NCBI GenBank assembly: GCA_964437855.1
Contig: CAYTJE010000003.1
Coordinates: forward strand, 1-50,431
DNA: 50,431 nt
Direction: 5' to 3'
Origin: an uncultured Anaerolineales bacterium
GTDB lineage: Bacteria; Planctomycetota; Phycisphaerae; FEN-1346
The position numbers and the translations under genes are program-made. The notes under the pieces were generated by a model. That model was not told the DNA's origin and did no database searches. It saw nothing but the letters and a program-made list of their open reading frames with translations. Below are positions 27,552-36,862 of this stretch, one piece after another (the first letter of the stretch is position 1; each line of letters starts with the position of its first letter).

Positions 27552-29420
27552 ATGGGCACAGGCGCACCCGGACGGAGGTTATGGGCAGGGTTGGCGGCGG
27601 CGCTGGTGGCGGTCTCGGTAGCGGGGGGAAGACCGGCCGCGGCCGGGCCGGACGCCGGCGCCCGCCACGCCATCCTGAAGACGCTGCGTCGCGGCCATCC
27701 GCGGGTGCTGCTGACGCCCGAGACGCTCGAGACCCTCCGGCGGGCGGTCCGTCCGGGCGGGCCCCGGCACGAGGTGTTCCGCGCGGTCCGGCGCGACGCC
27801 GACCGCCTGCTCGAGCGCCGCGGCACCGTCGAGTACAAGATCGTCGGTCCGCGCCTGCTCACCCAGAGCCGGCGATGCCTGAGCCGCGTCCAGACCCTCG
27901 GCCTGGCGTACCTGCTGACGGGCGAGGCCAAGTATGCCGAGCGGGCCTGGCGGGAACTGGAGGCCGCCGCCGGCTTCCCCGACTGGAACCCGTCCCACTT
28001 TCTCGATACGGCCGAGATGTCGTGCGCCTTCGGCATCGGCTACGACTGGCTCTACCACTGGATGGACGAGGCCAAGCGGCGGACGGTCCGGCGGGCCCTG
28101 CTCGCGAAGGGCCTGGCGCCCGGCCTGGACGCCTATCGCGGCAAAGGGCGCCGGAACTGGTGGACCCGGTCCCGGCACAACTGGAGCCAGGTCTGCAACG
28201 GCGGCCTGGCCGTGGGGGCACTGGCCGTCGCCGACGAGGCGCCGGAGGTGGCCGCCGAGATCCTGACCTCCGGCCTCAAGGCGGTGGCCGGCGCGATGAA
28301 AAACTTCGGCCCGGACGGCTCCTGGAACGAGGGCCCCGGCTACTGGGGCTACACCCTGCGGTACACGTCGAACTACATGGCGGCGCTTCAGTCGGCCCTG
28401 GGCACGATGCACGGCTTGGAGAAGACCGACGGCCTGGACGAGGCCGGCACGTTCCGCGTCTACTTCGTCGGGCCGACGAACCGGACGTTCAACTTCGCCG
28501 ACGCCCACGACGGCGCCGGCTCGCGCGCGTCGATGTTCTGGCTTGCCCGCGTCTACGACGAGCCGGTTTACGCATGGCACCATCGGCAGCGGATGCGCGC
28601 CGAGGCGAAGGACGTCCTCTGGTACGTCGGCGAGGGGCGGGGCCCGAAGGCCGCCGGGTGGCCGCTGCACAAGCACTTCCGCCGGGACCACGTCGTCTTC
28701 TTCCGCAGCGCGTGGCAGGACCCGGACGCCCTGTGGGTCGGGTTCAAGGGCGGCGACAACCGGGCCAACCACAGCCACCTGGACCTGGGCTCGTTCGTCC
28801 TGGAGGCCCTTGGCGTCCGCTGGGCCGTGGACCTGGGGTCCGACAACTACAACCTGCCGGGGTACTTCGGCGGGAAGCGGTGGACGTACTACCGCCTGCG
28901 GACCGAGTCGCACAACACGCTCGTCATCGACGGCGAGAACCAGTCGCCGAAGGCCGAGGCGCCGGTCGCGGCGTTCCGCGGCGACGCCGACGACGCCCGG
29001 GCCGTCGTGGACCTCTCGGCGGCGTACCCGATGTGCCGGCGCGTCCTCCGCGGCGTGGCGATGCTCCAGCGCCGCGTCGTCCTCGTCCAGGACGAGGTCG
29101 AGGCGGGGGAACCGGTCGAGGTCCTGTGGGGGATGGTCACCCGGGCCGAGCCGACGATCGAAGGCGGCCGGGTGGTCCTGACGCGGAAGGGCAAGCGTCT
29201 CTACGGGCGGGTGCTGGCGCCGGAGGGGGCGCGGTTCGATACGGTCTCGGCCAATCCGCCGAAGCCGCAGCGGCAGCAGCCCGACGCGGTGAAACTGGTG
29301 GTCCGCCTGCCGGGAACGGGCCGCCGGGTCGGGGTGGCGGTGGCGTTCTCGCCGGAGGCCGACGCCCTCGGCGGCATCGAGATCCAGACGCTGAAGGCGT
29401 GGGGGACAAAGGAGAAGTAA
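27552..29420 (+). CDS. Exported heparinase II/III-family polysaccharide lyase
   Basis: Signal peptide; HPRVLL, WNPSHFLDTAEM, HNWSQVCNGG, EGPGYWGY, HSHLDLGSF and HNTL. Confidence 0.85.
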   Translation: MGTGAPGRRLWAGLAAALVAVSVAGGRPAAAGPDAGARHAILKTLRRGHPRVLLTPETLETLRRAVRPGGPRHEVFRAVRRDADRLLERRGTVEYKIVGPRLLTQSRRCLSRVQTLGLAYLLTGEAKYAERAWRELEAAAGFPDWNPSHFLDTAEMSCAFGIGYDWLYHWMDEAKRRTVRRALLAKGLAPGLDAYRGKGRRNWWTRSRHNWSQVCNGGLAVGALAVADEAPEVAAEILTSGLKAVAGAMKNFGPDGSWNEGPGYWGYTLRYTSNYMAALQSALGTMHGLEKTDGLDEAGTFRVYFVGPTNRTFNFADAHDGAGSRASMFWLARVYDEPVYAWHHRQRMRAEAKDVLWYVGEGRGPKAAGWPLHKHFRRDHVVFFRSAWQDPDALWVGFKGGDNRANHSHLDLGSFVLEALGVRWAVDLGSDNYNLPGYFGGKRWTYYRLRTESHNTLVIDGENQSPKAEAPVAAFRGDADDARAVVDLSAAYPMCRRVLRGVAMLQRRVVLVQDEVEAGEPVEVLWGMVTRAEPTIEGGRVVLTRKGKRLYGRVLAPEGARFDTVSANPPKPQRQQPDAVKLVVRLPGTGRRVGVAVAFSPEADALGGIEIQTLKAWGTKEK

Positions 29421-29438
29421 GTTGCGCTCCCATTCCGC

Positions 29439-29511
29439 GAGTGCCACGGTTTGCTTGTCAAACCGTGTTCTCCGATCGGCAGGCACCGGTTGACAAGCAA
29501 TCGGTGGCACC
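29439..29511. repeat. GTGCCAC/GTGGCAC inverted REP doublet (copy 2)
   Basis: gagtgccacggtttgcttgtcaaaccgtg ... caccggttgacaagcaatcggtggcacc. Confidence 0.8.
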
Positions 29512-29538
29512 TGCCCGGGTTTGCCGAGGCGAAATGAT

Positions 29539-29567
29539 TTGCTTGCGCCCCCCGGCTGCGCTATAAT
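29539..29567 (+). promoter_or_regulatory. Sigma70 promoter
   Basis: TTGCTT-N17-TATAAT. Confidence 0.65.
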
Positions 29568-29622
29568 CCGGGCCGTGTCCTGGAGGACTCCGTAGGAGAC
29601 GCCTCGACGGGAGGGAGGACCT

Positions 29623-30636
29623 GTGATGACGATGCAATCCACGCCGTTCTGGCGGCGGTTGGGTCTCGTGATGCTGGCGGCCGGCCTGGTGGCCCTGGGC
29701 GGCTGCAAGACGACCCCGCCCGAGGAGGGCGAACCGGAAGAAGGCGAGGAACCGGCGCCCGCCGTCACCGGCCCGTATGCCGATCTCGTCAAACTCCTGC
29801 CCGGCGCCGCCGACATGACCAACTGGACCCCGGAGGGCGACGTGCAGGTATTCGCCCCGTCGGCCGACCCGGACACCGGCGTGGCGGCCCTGGAGAGCGA
29901 CCTGGGCCAGGCGGCCTCGGCCTTTCGGGCGTACGAGTACGTGGCCTCGGCCAAGCGGACGTATGTCCGAGGTCAGACGGGCCAGACCGTGACCCTGCGG
30001 GTCGTCAAGATGAAGACGCCGTCGGAGGCGTTCGGCCTCTTCAGCGTCCGGGCCGACGGCGACCAGTATCCGATGGTGGGCCTGCGGGCGCGGATGGACC
30101 GGGGGTCGCTCGGCTTCGTCAAGGGGTCTTATTTCGTCATGGTCGAGTACAAGGGGTCGGGCGACGGCACGTCCGCCCTGATGGAGTTCGGCCGGTGGGT
30201 GGCGGACCAGATTCCCTCGCCCGGCTACGGGCCGGCGCTGCTGGAGACGTTCCCGCTGGGCGCGGTCCAGGGCGAGCGGTACTACCTGCACCGGTTTGAG
30301 ACGCTGGCCTCGCTTCCCTTCGTGCCGACGGGCGACCCCACCACGATGGCCCGCATGCTCGACCTCGGGGCCGAGACCGACGTGGCCATCATGGGCTACC
30401 CCACGACCCGCGAGGGCGTGACCAACCACCTGTTCGTCATCCGCTATCCCACGAGCGTGGATGCCAGCGCGGCCTACACGGCCTACAAGGGATACCTGGA
30501 CAAGAGCACGAACCCGGCCGAGCAGAACGTGGCGGTGGCCCCGCCGGTGGGCACCTACCTGGCCGGCACGTTCAACGCCGAGGAAAACTCGATCAACGAC
30601 CGGCTGGCGAGACTCCTGGACAACCTCGGCGGGTGA
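29623..30636 (+). CDS. Hypothetical lipoprotein (DUF6599-like)
   Basis: LGGC lipobox; M..PSEAFGLFS and FVKGSYFV motifs; GGAGG ribosome-binding site. Confidence 0.75.
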   Translation: MMTMQSTPFWRRLGLVMLAAGLVALGGCKTTPPEEGEPEEGEEPAPAVTGPYADLVKLLPGAADMTNWTPEGDVQVFAPSADPDTGVAALESDLGQAASAFRAYEYVASAKRTYVRGQTGQTVTLRVVKMKTPSEAFGLFSVRADGDQYPMVGLRARMDRGSLGFVKGSYFVMVEYKGSGDGTSALMEFGRWVADQIPSPGYGPALLETFPLGAVQGERYYLHRFETLASLPFVPTGDPTTMARMLDLGAETDVAIMGYPTTREGVTNHLFVIRYPTSVDASAAYTAYKGYLDKSTNPAEQNVAVAPPVGTYLAGTFNAEENSINDRLARLLDNLGG

Positions 30637-30680
30637 GACGCCGGGCCCCCGGCGGATGCCGTACCGACGCGCGCAACCCG

Positions 30681-30773
30681 CGCGGCGGCCTTTGGCCTAC
30701 GCCTCCGTATGGACCGGGCCGCCGCGACGCGCGGCATTCGTTGGAGCGTGGCGGCCTGGGAAGGCCGCCACGC
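30681..30773. repeat. Inverted REP doublet (long and short form)
   Basis: 30681-30726 is the reverse long form; 30746-30773 is gcgtggcggcctgggaaggccgccacgc. Confidence 0.85.
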
Positions 30774-30848
30774 GGGACGGCCCCGCGGGTGCGGCGGGGT
30801 CAGGTCCCTTTGCCGGCACGTCCGGCCGACCTCGACGGCGGAATATGC

Positions 30849-30877
30849 TTGCCTTCCGCGCGAGGTCGGTTTACACT
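30849..30877 (+). promoter_or_regulatory. Sigma70 promoter for pyrF-murD-GH
   Basis: TTGCCT-N17-TACACT. Confidence 0.55.
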
Positions 30878-30951
30878 CACCGCTTACTCAAGGCGGCCTT
30901 CGGGCCGCTTCTTCGTGTGGCAGGTGTTCGCGAGGTGGGAGGGGGTACAGC

Positions 30952-31914
30952 GTGGCCCAGAACTTTGCCGACCGATGCCTCGACGCGATCGAGGAGAAGC
31001 AGACCCCGCTGTGCGTGGGGCTCGACCCGAAGTACGAGCGGCTGCCGAAGCAGATCCGGGAGATCGCCTCCAAATCGCCCGGCCGGCTGAGCGAGCAGGC
31101 CGCCGCCGCCAGGGAGTTCTGCCAGAGCGTCATCGACGTCGTCTCGGGCCAGGTGCCCTGTGTCAAGGTGCAGAGCGCCTCGTTCGAGCGGGCGGGCCCG
31201 TACGGCATGTGCGCGTATTTCGACGTGGTCGACTACGCCCACGAGAACGGGCTGGTGGTCATCGGCGACGTGAAGCGGGCCGACATCGGCGCCACGGCCG
31301 ACGCCTACGCCGCCGCGCACCTCGAGGAGGTCTTCATCGGCGAGGGCGACGCCGAGCACACCGTCAGCGTCGACGCCGTCACGGTCAATCCCTATTTCGG
31401 CGTCGACGGCGTCCAGCCGTTCGTCGAGGTGGCGAAGGCGAACGGGCAGGGCGTGTTCGTGGTGGTGCGGACGACAAACCCGTCGGCCGGCGAGTTCCAG
31501 GACGTCCGCGACGAGGAGGGCCGACGCCTCTTCGAGCGCGTCGCCGAGAAGGTCAACGACTGGGCCAACCAGGCGGGGTGTGTCGGCGATTCGGGGTACA
31601 GCCTCGTCGGCGCGGTCGTGCCCGCCACCTACCCGGACGACACCCGCCTGCTTCGCGACCTGATGCCGAACAGCCTTCTGCTGGCGCCCGGCGTGGGCGT
31701 GCAGGGCGGCACGATGGCCGACGCCGCCCTCGCCTTTCACAGCGACGGCTGGGGCGCGATCGTCACTTGCTCCCGCAGCATCATCTACGCGTGGGAGCAG
31801 GAACAGTACGCGCACCTGGGCGAGGTGAACTGGGAGGACGCCATCGAGGTGGCCGTGCTCGACGCCAAGGCCGCCCTGGCCGAGGCCCTGGCCCGCCGGG
31901 CCGCCACGGCCTGA
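30952..31914 (+). CDS. pyrF: Orotidine-5'-phosphate decarboxylase
   Basis: LCVGLDP, IGDVKRADIGAT, TVNPYFG, RTTNP, LLAPGVGVQGG and SRSIIYA. Confidence 0.93.
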   Translation: MAQNFADRCLDAIEEKQTPLCVGLDPKYERLPKQIREIASKSPGRLSEQAAAAREFCQSVIDVVSGQVPCVKVQSASFERAGPYGMCAYFDVVDYAHENGLVVIGDVKRADIGATADAYAAAHLEEVFIGEGDAEHTVSVDAVTVNPYFGVDGVQPFVEVAKANGQGVFVVVRTTNPSAGEFQDVRDEEGRRLFERVAEKVNDWANQAGCVGDSGYSLVGAVVPATYPDDTRLLRDLMPNSLLLAPGVGVQGGTMADAALAFHSDGWGAIVTCSRSIIYAWEQEQYAHLGEVNWEDAIEVAVLDAKAALAEALARRAATA

Positions 31915-31964
31915 GGTCCCCCGGCGCCGTCCGGGCCGCCGCCCGGAGACCGCGTCGCGTCACC

Positions 31965-33416
31965 ATGCGAACCCGGTTGGACGGAGGGATGGACGCACCC
32001 CGTAAAGCACCGGTCTCGGGTCTGCCGGGGGCCGGTTCCGGGCGCTACCGCGACCGGGCCGTGACCGTCATGGGGCTCGGTCTGTTCGGCGGCGGCGTGG
32101 GGGCCGCCCGGTACCTGGCCCGGTGCGGCGCCCGCGTGACGGTCACCGACCTGAAGGACCGCGGCGCCCTGGCGCCGAGCGTAGCCGCGCTGGAAGGGGT
32201 ACCCGTGACGCTCCATCTGGGGGGGCACCGGGAGGCCGATTTCACCGGGGCCGACGTCCTGGTCGTCAACCCCGCCGTCCCCCCATCCTCGCCGTACCTG
32301 GCCAGGGCCCGCGAGGCGGGGGCCGAGATCACCGCCGAGATGAACCTCTTTGTGGAGGCGTGCCCGGCGCCCATCGTGGGCGTGACGGGGTCGAGCGGCA
32401 AGAGCACGACGACCGCGCTGCTGGGGGCGATGCTGGGCCGCCGGCGCCCCACCCGCGTGGGCGGGAACATCGGCAAGAGCCTCCTGGAGGAACTCGACGC
32501 CATTCGCCCCGACGAGGTCGTCGTCCTGGAGATGTCGAGTTTCCAACTCCAGGCCCTCGCTCCCCTGGGGTGGAGCCCCCGCGTGGCTGTCGTCACGAAC
32601 CTCAGCCCGAATCACCTCGACCGCCACGGCACCATGGACGCGTACATCGCCGCCAAGAAGACCATCCTGCGGTTCCAGGCCGCCGACGACCTGGCGGTCC
32701 TGGGCGCCGACGACCCGGAAGTCCGCACCTGGGCCGACGCCGCCCCGGGGCGCGTGGCGTTCTTCTCGCTGGAGGGGCCGGTGGAGGCGGGCGTCTTCGC
32801 CGACGGCCGGGAGGCCGTCTTCCGCCTCGGCGGCCCGGAGGAGCGCGTCCCGCTGGCCGGCGCGATGCGGCTTCGCGGCCGGCACAACCTGGCCAACGCG
32901 CTGGCGGCCGCAGCGGCGGCCCGGCACCTGGGCGCGGGCCCGGCCGAGATCGCGGCGGCCGCCGCCGCCGTCCAGCCTTTGCCGCACCGGCTCCAGCCGG
33001 TGGGCGACGTCGACGGCGTGACGTTTATCGATGACTCAAAGGCCACGACGCCGCAGGCGGCAGTGGCGGCCATGGAGGCCTTTGCCGAGCCCCTCATCCT
33101 GATCGCGGGCGGCTACGACAAGCACCTGGATCCGGGGCCGATGGTCGAGGCCGTCCGCCGGCGGGCCCGCGGCGTGGTGCTGATCGGCGAGACCGCTCCG
33201 GCCCTGGCCGAGGCGATCGGCGCCGGCGGTCCGCGCCTCGAGCGGGCCCCCGACCTGCCGTCGGCCGTCCGGCGGGCGGCGCGGATGGCCGAGCCCGGGG
33301 GCGTGGTCCTCCTGGCGCCCGGCCACGCCAGTTGGGACATGTTCGAGAACTACGAGCAGCGCGGGGAGGCGTTCCGACTGGCCGTCCGGCGCCTGGGCGG
33401 GAAAGGGTCGCCCTGA
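31965..33416 (+). CDS. murD: UDP-N-acetylmuramoyl-L-alanine--D-glutamate ligase
   Basis: MGLGLFGGG, GVTGSSGKSTT, GGNIG, LEMSSFQL, NHLDRH, HRL, DDSKAT and ASWDMFENYEQRG; alternative start at 31989. Confidence 0.95.
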   Translation: MRTRLDGGMDAPRKAPVSGLPGAGSGRYRDRAVTVMGLGLFGGGVGAARYLARCGARVTVTDLKDRGALAPSVAALEGVPVTLHLGGHREADFTGADVLVVNPAVPPSSPYLARAREAGAEITAEMNLFVEACPAPIVGVTGSSGKSTTTALLGAMLGRRRPTRVGGNIGKSLLEELDAIRPDEVVVLEMSSFQLQALAPLGWSPRVAVVTNLSPNHLDRHGTMDAYIAAKKTILRFQAADDLAVLGADDPEVRTWADAAPGRVAFFSLEGPVEAGVFADGREAVFRLGGPEERVPLAGAMRLRGRHNLANALAAAAAARHLGAGPAEIAAAAAAVQPLPHRLQPVGDVDGVTFIDDSKATTPQAAVAAMEAFAEPLILIAGGYDKHLDPGPMVEAVRRRARGVVLIGETAPALAEAIGAGGPRLERAPDLPSAVRRAARMAEPGGVVLLAPGHASWDMFENYEQRGEAFRLAVRRLGGKGSP

Positions 33417-36400
33417 TGGATCTCCTCCGACGCTTTGCCGAAGCCGCGCACCGCGGGCACGAGTATCGCCCGACGACGTTCTGGTCGTGGAACGACCGGC
33501 TGGACGGGGAGGCGGTCCGCCGACAGATCCGCGAGATGGCCCGCGGTGGCCTGGGCGGCCACTTCATGCAGGCCCGCCGGGGGCTCCGGACCGACTACCT
33601 CGGCCCCGAGTGGATGGAGGCCGTCCGCGCCGCCATCGACGAAGGCGCCCACACCGGCGTCACGCCCTGGCTGTACGACGAGTACACCTGGCCGAGCGGG
33701 TCCTGCGCCGGCCGCGTCTACACCGGCCGCGACGCCTTTCGCCAGAAGTACCTCGTGGTCGAGGAAATCGTCAGCCCGTCCTGGGAACCGTCCGAGAACA
33801 CCGTGGCGGTGTTCGTCGCCAGGAAGGCCGGCCGGGGCCGGTACACGGCGTTCCGCCGGGCCGCGCAGCCGCGGATGGTCTGCGGCAAGGCGCCCGCCGA
33901 GGACGAGGCATTTCTGCACTTCGTGTGCCGCACGGGCGAGAGCGTCGACGTCTTCAGCCGCGACGCCGCCCAGGAGTTCCTCAAGCAGACCTACGAGCGG
34001 TACCAGGCGACGGTGGGCGGGGAGTTCGGCCGGACCATCCCCGGCGTCTTTACCGACGAGCCCCAGTACGCCGGCGCCGGGCACCGCGTGCCCTGGTCGC
34101 CGCACCTGGTCCGGTACTTCCAGCGGTCGTGCGATTACGATTTGCTCGACCACCTGCCGGAGTTGTTCTACCCTGTCGGCCCGTACCGCAAGACGCGGTT
34201 CGACTTCTTCGAGACGGTCACGCGGCTGTTTCTGCTGGCGTGGACGATGCCCATCTACCAGTGGTGCGACCGGCACCACCTGCGTCTGACCGGCCACCTG
34301 ATGGGCGAGGACACGATGCTGGAGCAGATTCAGTGGGTCGGCGCCGCCATGCCGCACTACGAGTACATGCACGTGCCGGGGGTGGACCTGCTGGGCCGGC
34401 GGCCGCCCGGCCCGCTCCTGGTGAAGCAGGCGGCAAGCGTGGCGGCGCAGTTCGGCCGGGAACGTGTCCTCGGCGAGTCGTTCGGCGGCAGCGGGTGGAG
34501 CCTGACACTGGACGACATGCGGTTCCTGGCCGAGTGGCAGGTCGTCCTGGGCGTCAACCTGCTGTGCACGCACCTGGCGGCGCTGTCGCTGCGGGGGCTG
34601 CGCAAGCGCGACTACCCGCCCAGCCTCCACTATCATCAGCCCTGGTGGCCGTATTATCACCTCTGGAACGAGTACATGGCGGCGTTGGCGGCGGTGCTGA
34701 CGGCCGGCACGCCCCAGGTCGGCGTCCTGGTCATCCACCCCATCGCCAGCGCCTGGGCCGAGTACAGCCCGCTTGACCACGGGCCGGCCGAGGCCCTCGA
34801 CCGCGCCCTGGCCCGCCTGGTGGAGTTCCTGCTCGGCGCGCACGTGGATTTTCACTTCGGCGACGAACTCGTGCTGGAACGGCAGGCCAGCGTGGCCAAG
34901 GGGCACGTGAAGGTCGGCCCCTGCCGGTACCATACCGTGATCGTGCCGGAGGCCACGAACCTTCGCCGGAGCACCCTGACGCTGCTGAAGCGGCTGAAGC
35001 GGTCGGGCGGCACGATCCTGTTTGCCGGCCGGGTGCCCGAGTTGGTCGACGGCGAGACCTCGAGGGCCCCGGCCGACCTGGCCAAGGGGTGCACCCGGGC
35101 CGACGCCGGGAGCCGGCAGGGCCGCGCCGCCCTCCGCCGGGCCCTGAAGCCCCGTCTCCAGGTCGTCAACTCCAGCGGCAAGGACGCGACGTCGGTGCTG
35201 GCCCAGTGGCGGCGGGTGGACGAGGACCACGTCTTCTTCTTCCTGAACACCGACGCGAAGCGGGCGGTGCGCGGGCGGCTCCGGCTGCCGGTCTCGGGCA
35301 CGCCGCTGGTGCTCGACCCGGCCACGGGCGAGTACTGGCCCACCAAGGCCCGGGCCCGGAAGACGGGGATGACCGTGTCGCATACGTTCCCCCCGCGGGC
35401 GAGCCTGCTGCTGGTGGTCCGGCCCAAGGATGCCCCCGAGGCGTTGGTGGGCCGTCGGGCGAAGCGGCCGGGCCGCCGGCACGTCCTGCGGGGCCGGTGG
35501 CGAATCCGCCGGCTCGACCCGAACGTCCTGGTGCTCGACACGGCCCGGTGGCGGACCGACGAGGAGGACTACTCCGACCCGATGCCCGTCCTCGACGTCG
35601 AGCAGGAGTTGCTGCGCCGGGACAGGCAGCAGCCGGTCACCCTCCGGTTCGAGTTCCAGTGCGACGTGTCGGACCTGGACGGCCGGCGCTTCGGCCTGGT
35701 CCTGGAGGAGCCGGAGGCCCACGAGATGTGGTACAATGGCATGCGGACCCCTCTGGGGAAGGCCCAGCCGTACTGGGACGCCGCCTTCCGCCGTGTCGAC
35801 GTGACGCGGTACGTGCGGCCGGGGCGGAACGTGATTGAGTTGCGCCGACCGTGGTTGGTGGACCCGCGCCGGCGAGAGGTGCTGATGGGCCGCGCCGGCG
35901 GATGGGCCGTCCGGACCGTCGCCCCCGATACCGAACTGGAGGCCGTCTACCTGGTGGGCGACTTCGCCGTCGAGTTTCCCGACGGCACCCGCCAGGGGAA
36001 CCTCGGCAGCCGGTGGATGCGGGGTCGGCCGAGGCTCGTCGACGAGCCCGACCGCCTGACCGGCACCGACCTGATCCGGGCGGGCTATCCGTTCTTCACC
36101 GGCCGTCTCGTCCTGGAGCGCGAGGTCACCCTCAAGCACGCGCCCCGCGAGGGCGCCGTGCTCGAGGTGCCGTCGTTCACGGCGATGACCGCCACGGTGG
36201 TCGTCAACGGTCACGAGGCCGGCACCGTCTGGCAGTGCCCCGGCGAGGTATCGGTCGACGGGCTCCTTGAGAAGGGGCGGAACCACGTGGCCGTCATCCT
36301 GACGACCGGCCTGAGGAACCTGCTCGGCCCCCATCATCACGAGGAGGGCGAACTGGCGTGGGTCCCGCCGCAGGCGTTTGCCTGTCGGCACGGTTGGATG

Positions 36401-36487
36401 GCGCGCGGGCCCGCCCATCGGTGCGTCCCCGAGGCGTACAACGTGGTCAATTTCGGGCTGGACGCCGAGCCCGTGCTTCGGTACTAA
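33416..36487 (+). CDS. GH106-like (alpha-L-rhamnosidase-like) glycoside hydrolase, no signal peptide
   Basis: FWSWN, WLYDE..WPSG, FTDEP, TGH, PGVD, ESFG, RKRDYPP and GYPFF.G; the ATG overlaps the murD TGA. Confidence 0.8.
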   Translation: MDLLRRFAEAAHRGHEYRPTTFWSWNDRLDGEAVRRQIREMARGGLGGHFMQARRGLRTDYLGPEWMEAVRAAIDEGAHTGVTPWLYDEYTWPSGSCAGRVYTGRDAFRQKYLVVEEIVSPSWEPSENTVAVFVARKAGRGRYTAFRRAAQPRMVCGKAPAEDEAFLHFVCRTGESVDVFSRDAAQEFLKQTYERYQATVGGEFGRTIPGVFTDEPQYAGAGHRVPWSPHLVRYFQRSCDYDLLDHLPELFYPVGPYRKTRFDFFETVTRLFLLAWTMPIYQWCDRHHLRLTGHLMGEDTMLEQIQWVGAAMPHYEYMHVPGVDLLGRRPPGPLLVKQAASVAAQFGRERVLGESFGGSGWSLTLDDMRFLAEWQVVLGVNLLCTHLAALSLRGLRKRDYPPSLHYHQPWWPYYHLWNEYMAALAAVLTAGTPQVGVLVIHPIASAWAEYSPLDHGPAEALDRALARLVEFLLGAHVDFHFGDELVLERQASVAKGHVKVGPCRYHTVIVPEATNLRRSTLTLLKRLKRSGGTILFAGRVPELVDGETSRAPADLAKGCTRADAGSRQGRAALRRALKPRLQVVNSSGKDATSVLAQWRRVDEDHVFFFLNTDAKRAVRGRLRLPVSGTPLVLDPATGEYWPTKARARKTGMTVSHTFPPRASLLLVVRPKDAPEALVGRRAKRPGRRHVLRGRWRIRRLDPNVLVLDTARWRTDEEDYSDPMPVLDVEQELLRRDRQQPVTLRFEFQCDVSDLDGRRFGLVLEEPEAHEMWYNGMRTPLGKAQPYWDAAFRRVDVTRYVRPGRNVIELRRPWLVDPRRREVLMGRAGGWAVRTVAPDTELEAVYLVGDFAVEFPDGTRQGNLGSRWMRGRPRLVDEPDRLTGTDLIRAGYPFFTGRLVLEREVTLKHAPREGAVLEVPSFTAMTATVVVNGHEAGTVWQCPGEVSVDGLLEKGRNHVAVILTTGLRNLLGPHHHEEGELAWVPPQAFACRHGWMARGPAHRCVPEAYNVVNFGLDAEPVLRY

Positions 36488-36684
36488 TATGCGTAGGTTG
36501 CGCCGCCCGGTCCGGATGGGGGTTGAACGGACCGGCTGCGGCGTGGGGGCGCGGCGTTCCGGGGCCGGATTCGGTGAAGGCGGGGCGGAGGGTCGGCCGA
36601 TGCATGATGGGGAGCGCCGCGGGCGGGGCGGGACCAGTCTCGGACCTGCCCCCGCCGAGCCTGAAGCCACAACCACACTTCCGG

Positions 36685-36712
36685 TTGACACGGATTAGGC
36701 GACCGGTACAAT
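36685..36712 (+). promoter_or_regulatory. Sigma70 promoter for wza
   Basis: TTGACA-N16-TACAAT. Confidence 0.65.
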
Positions 36713-36862
36713 GGTGCCGTCAGCCACGCCGGCGGCGTGGATGCGGCTTCGGGCGGGCGGCCGCTTGCGGCGGGCAGGCGAGCGGTTGCGGCGTCGGCCT
36801 CCGATAAACGGTGCCGGCCACCGCCTGTAAGGACCCAGCGCGAGAGAAGCGAGGTGCGAGGC

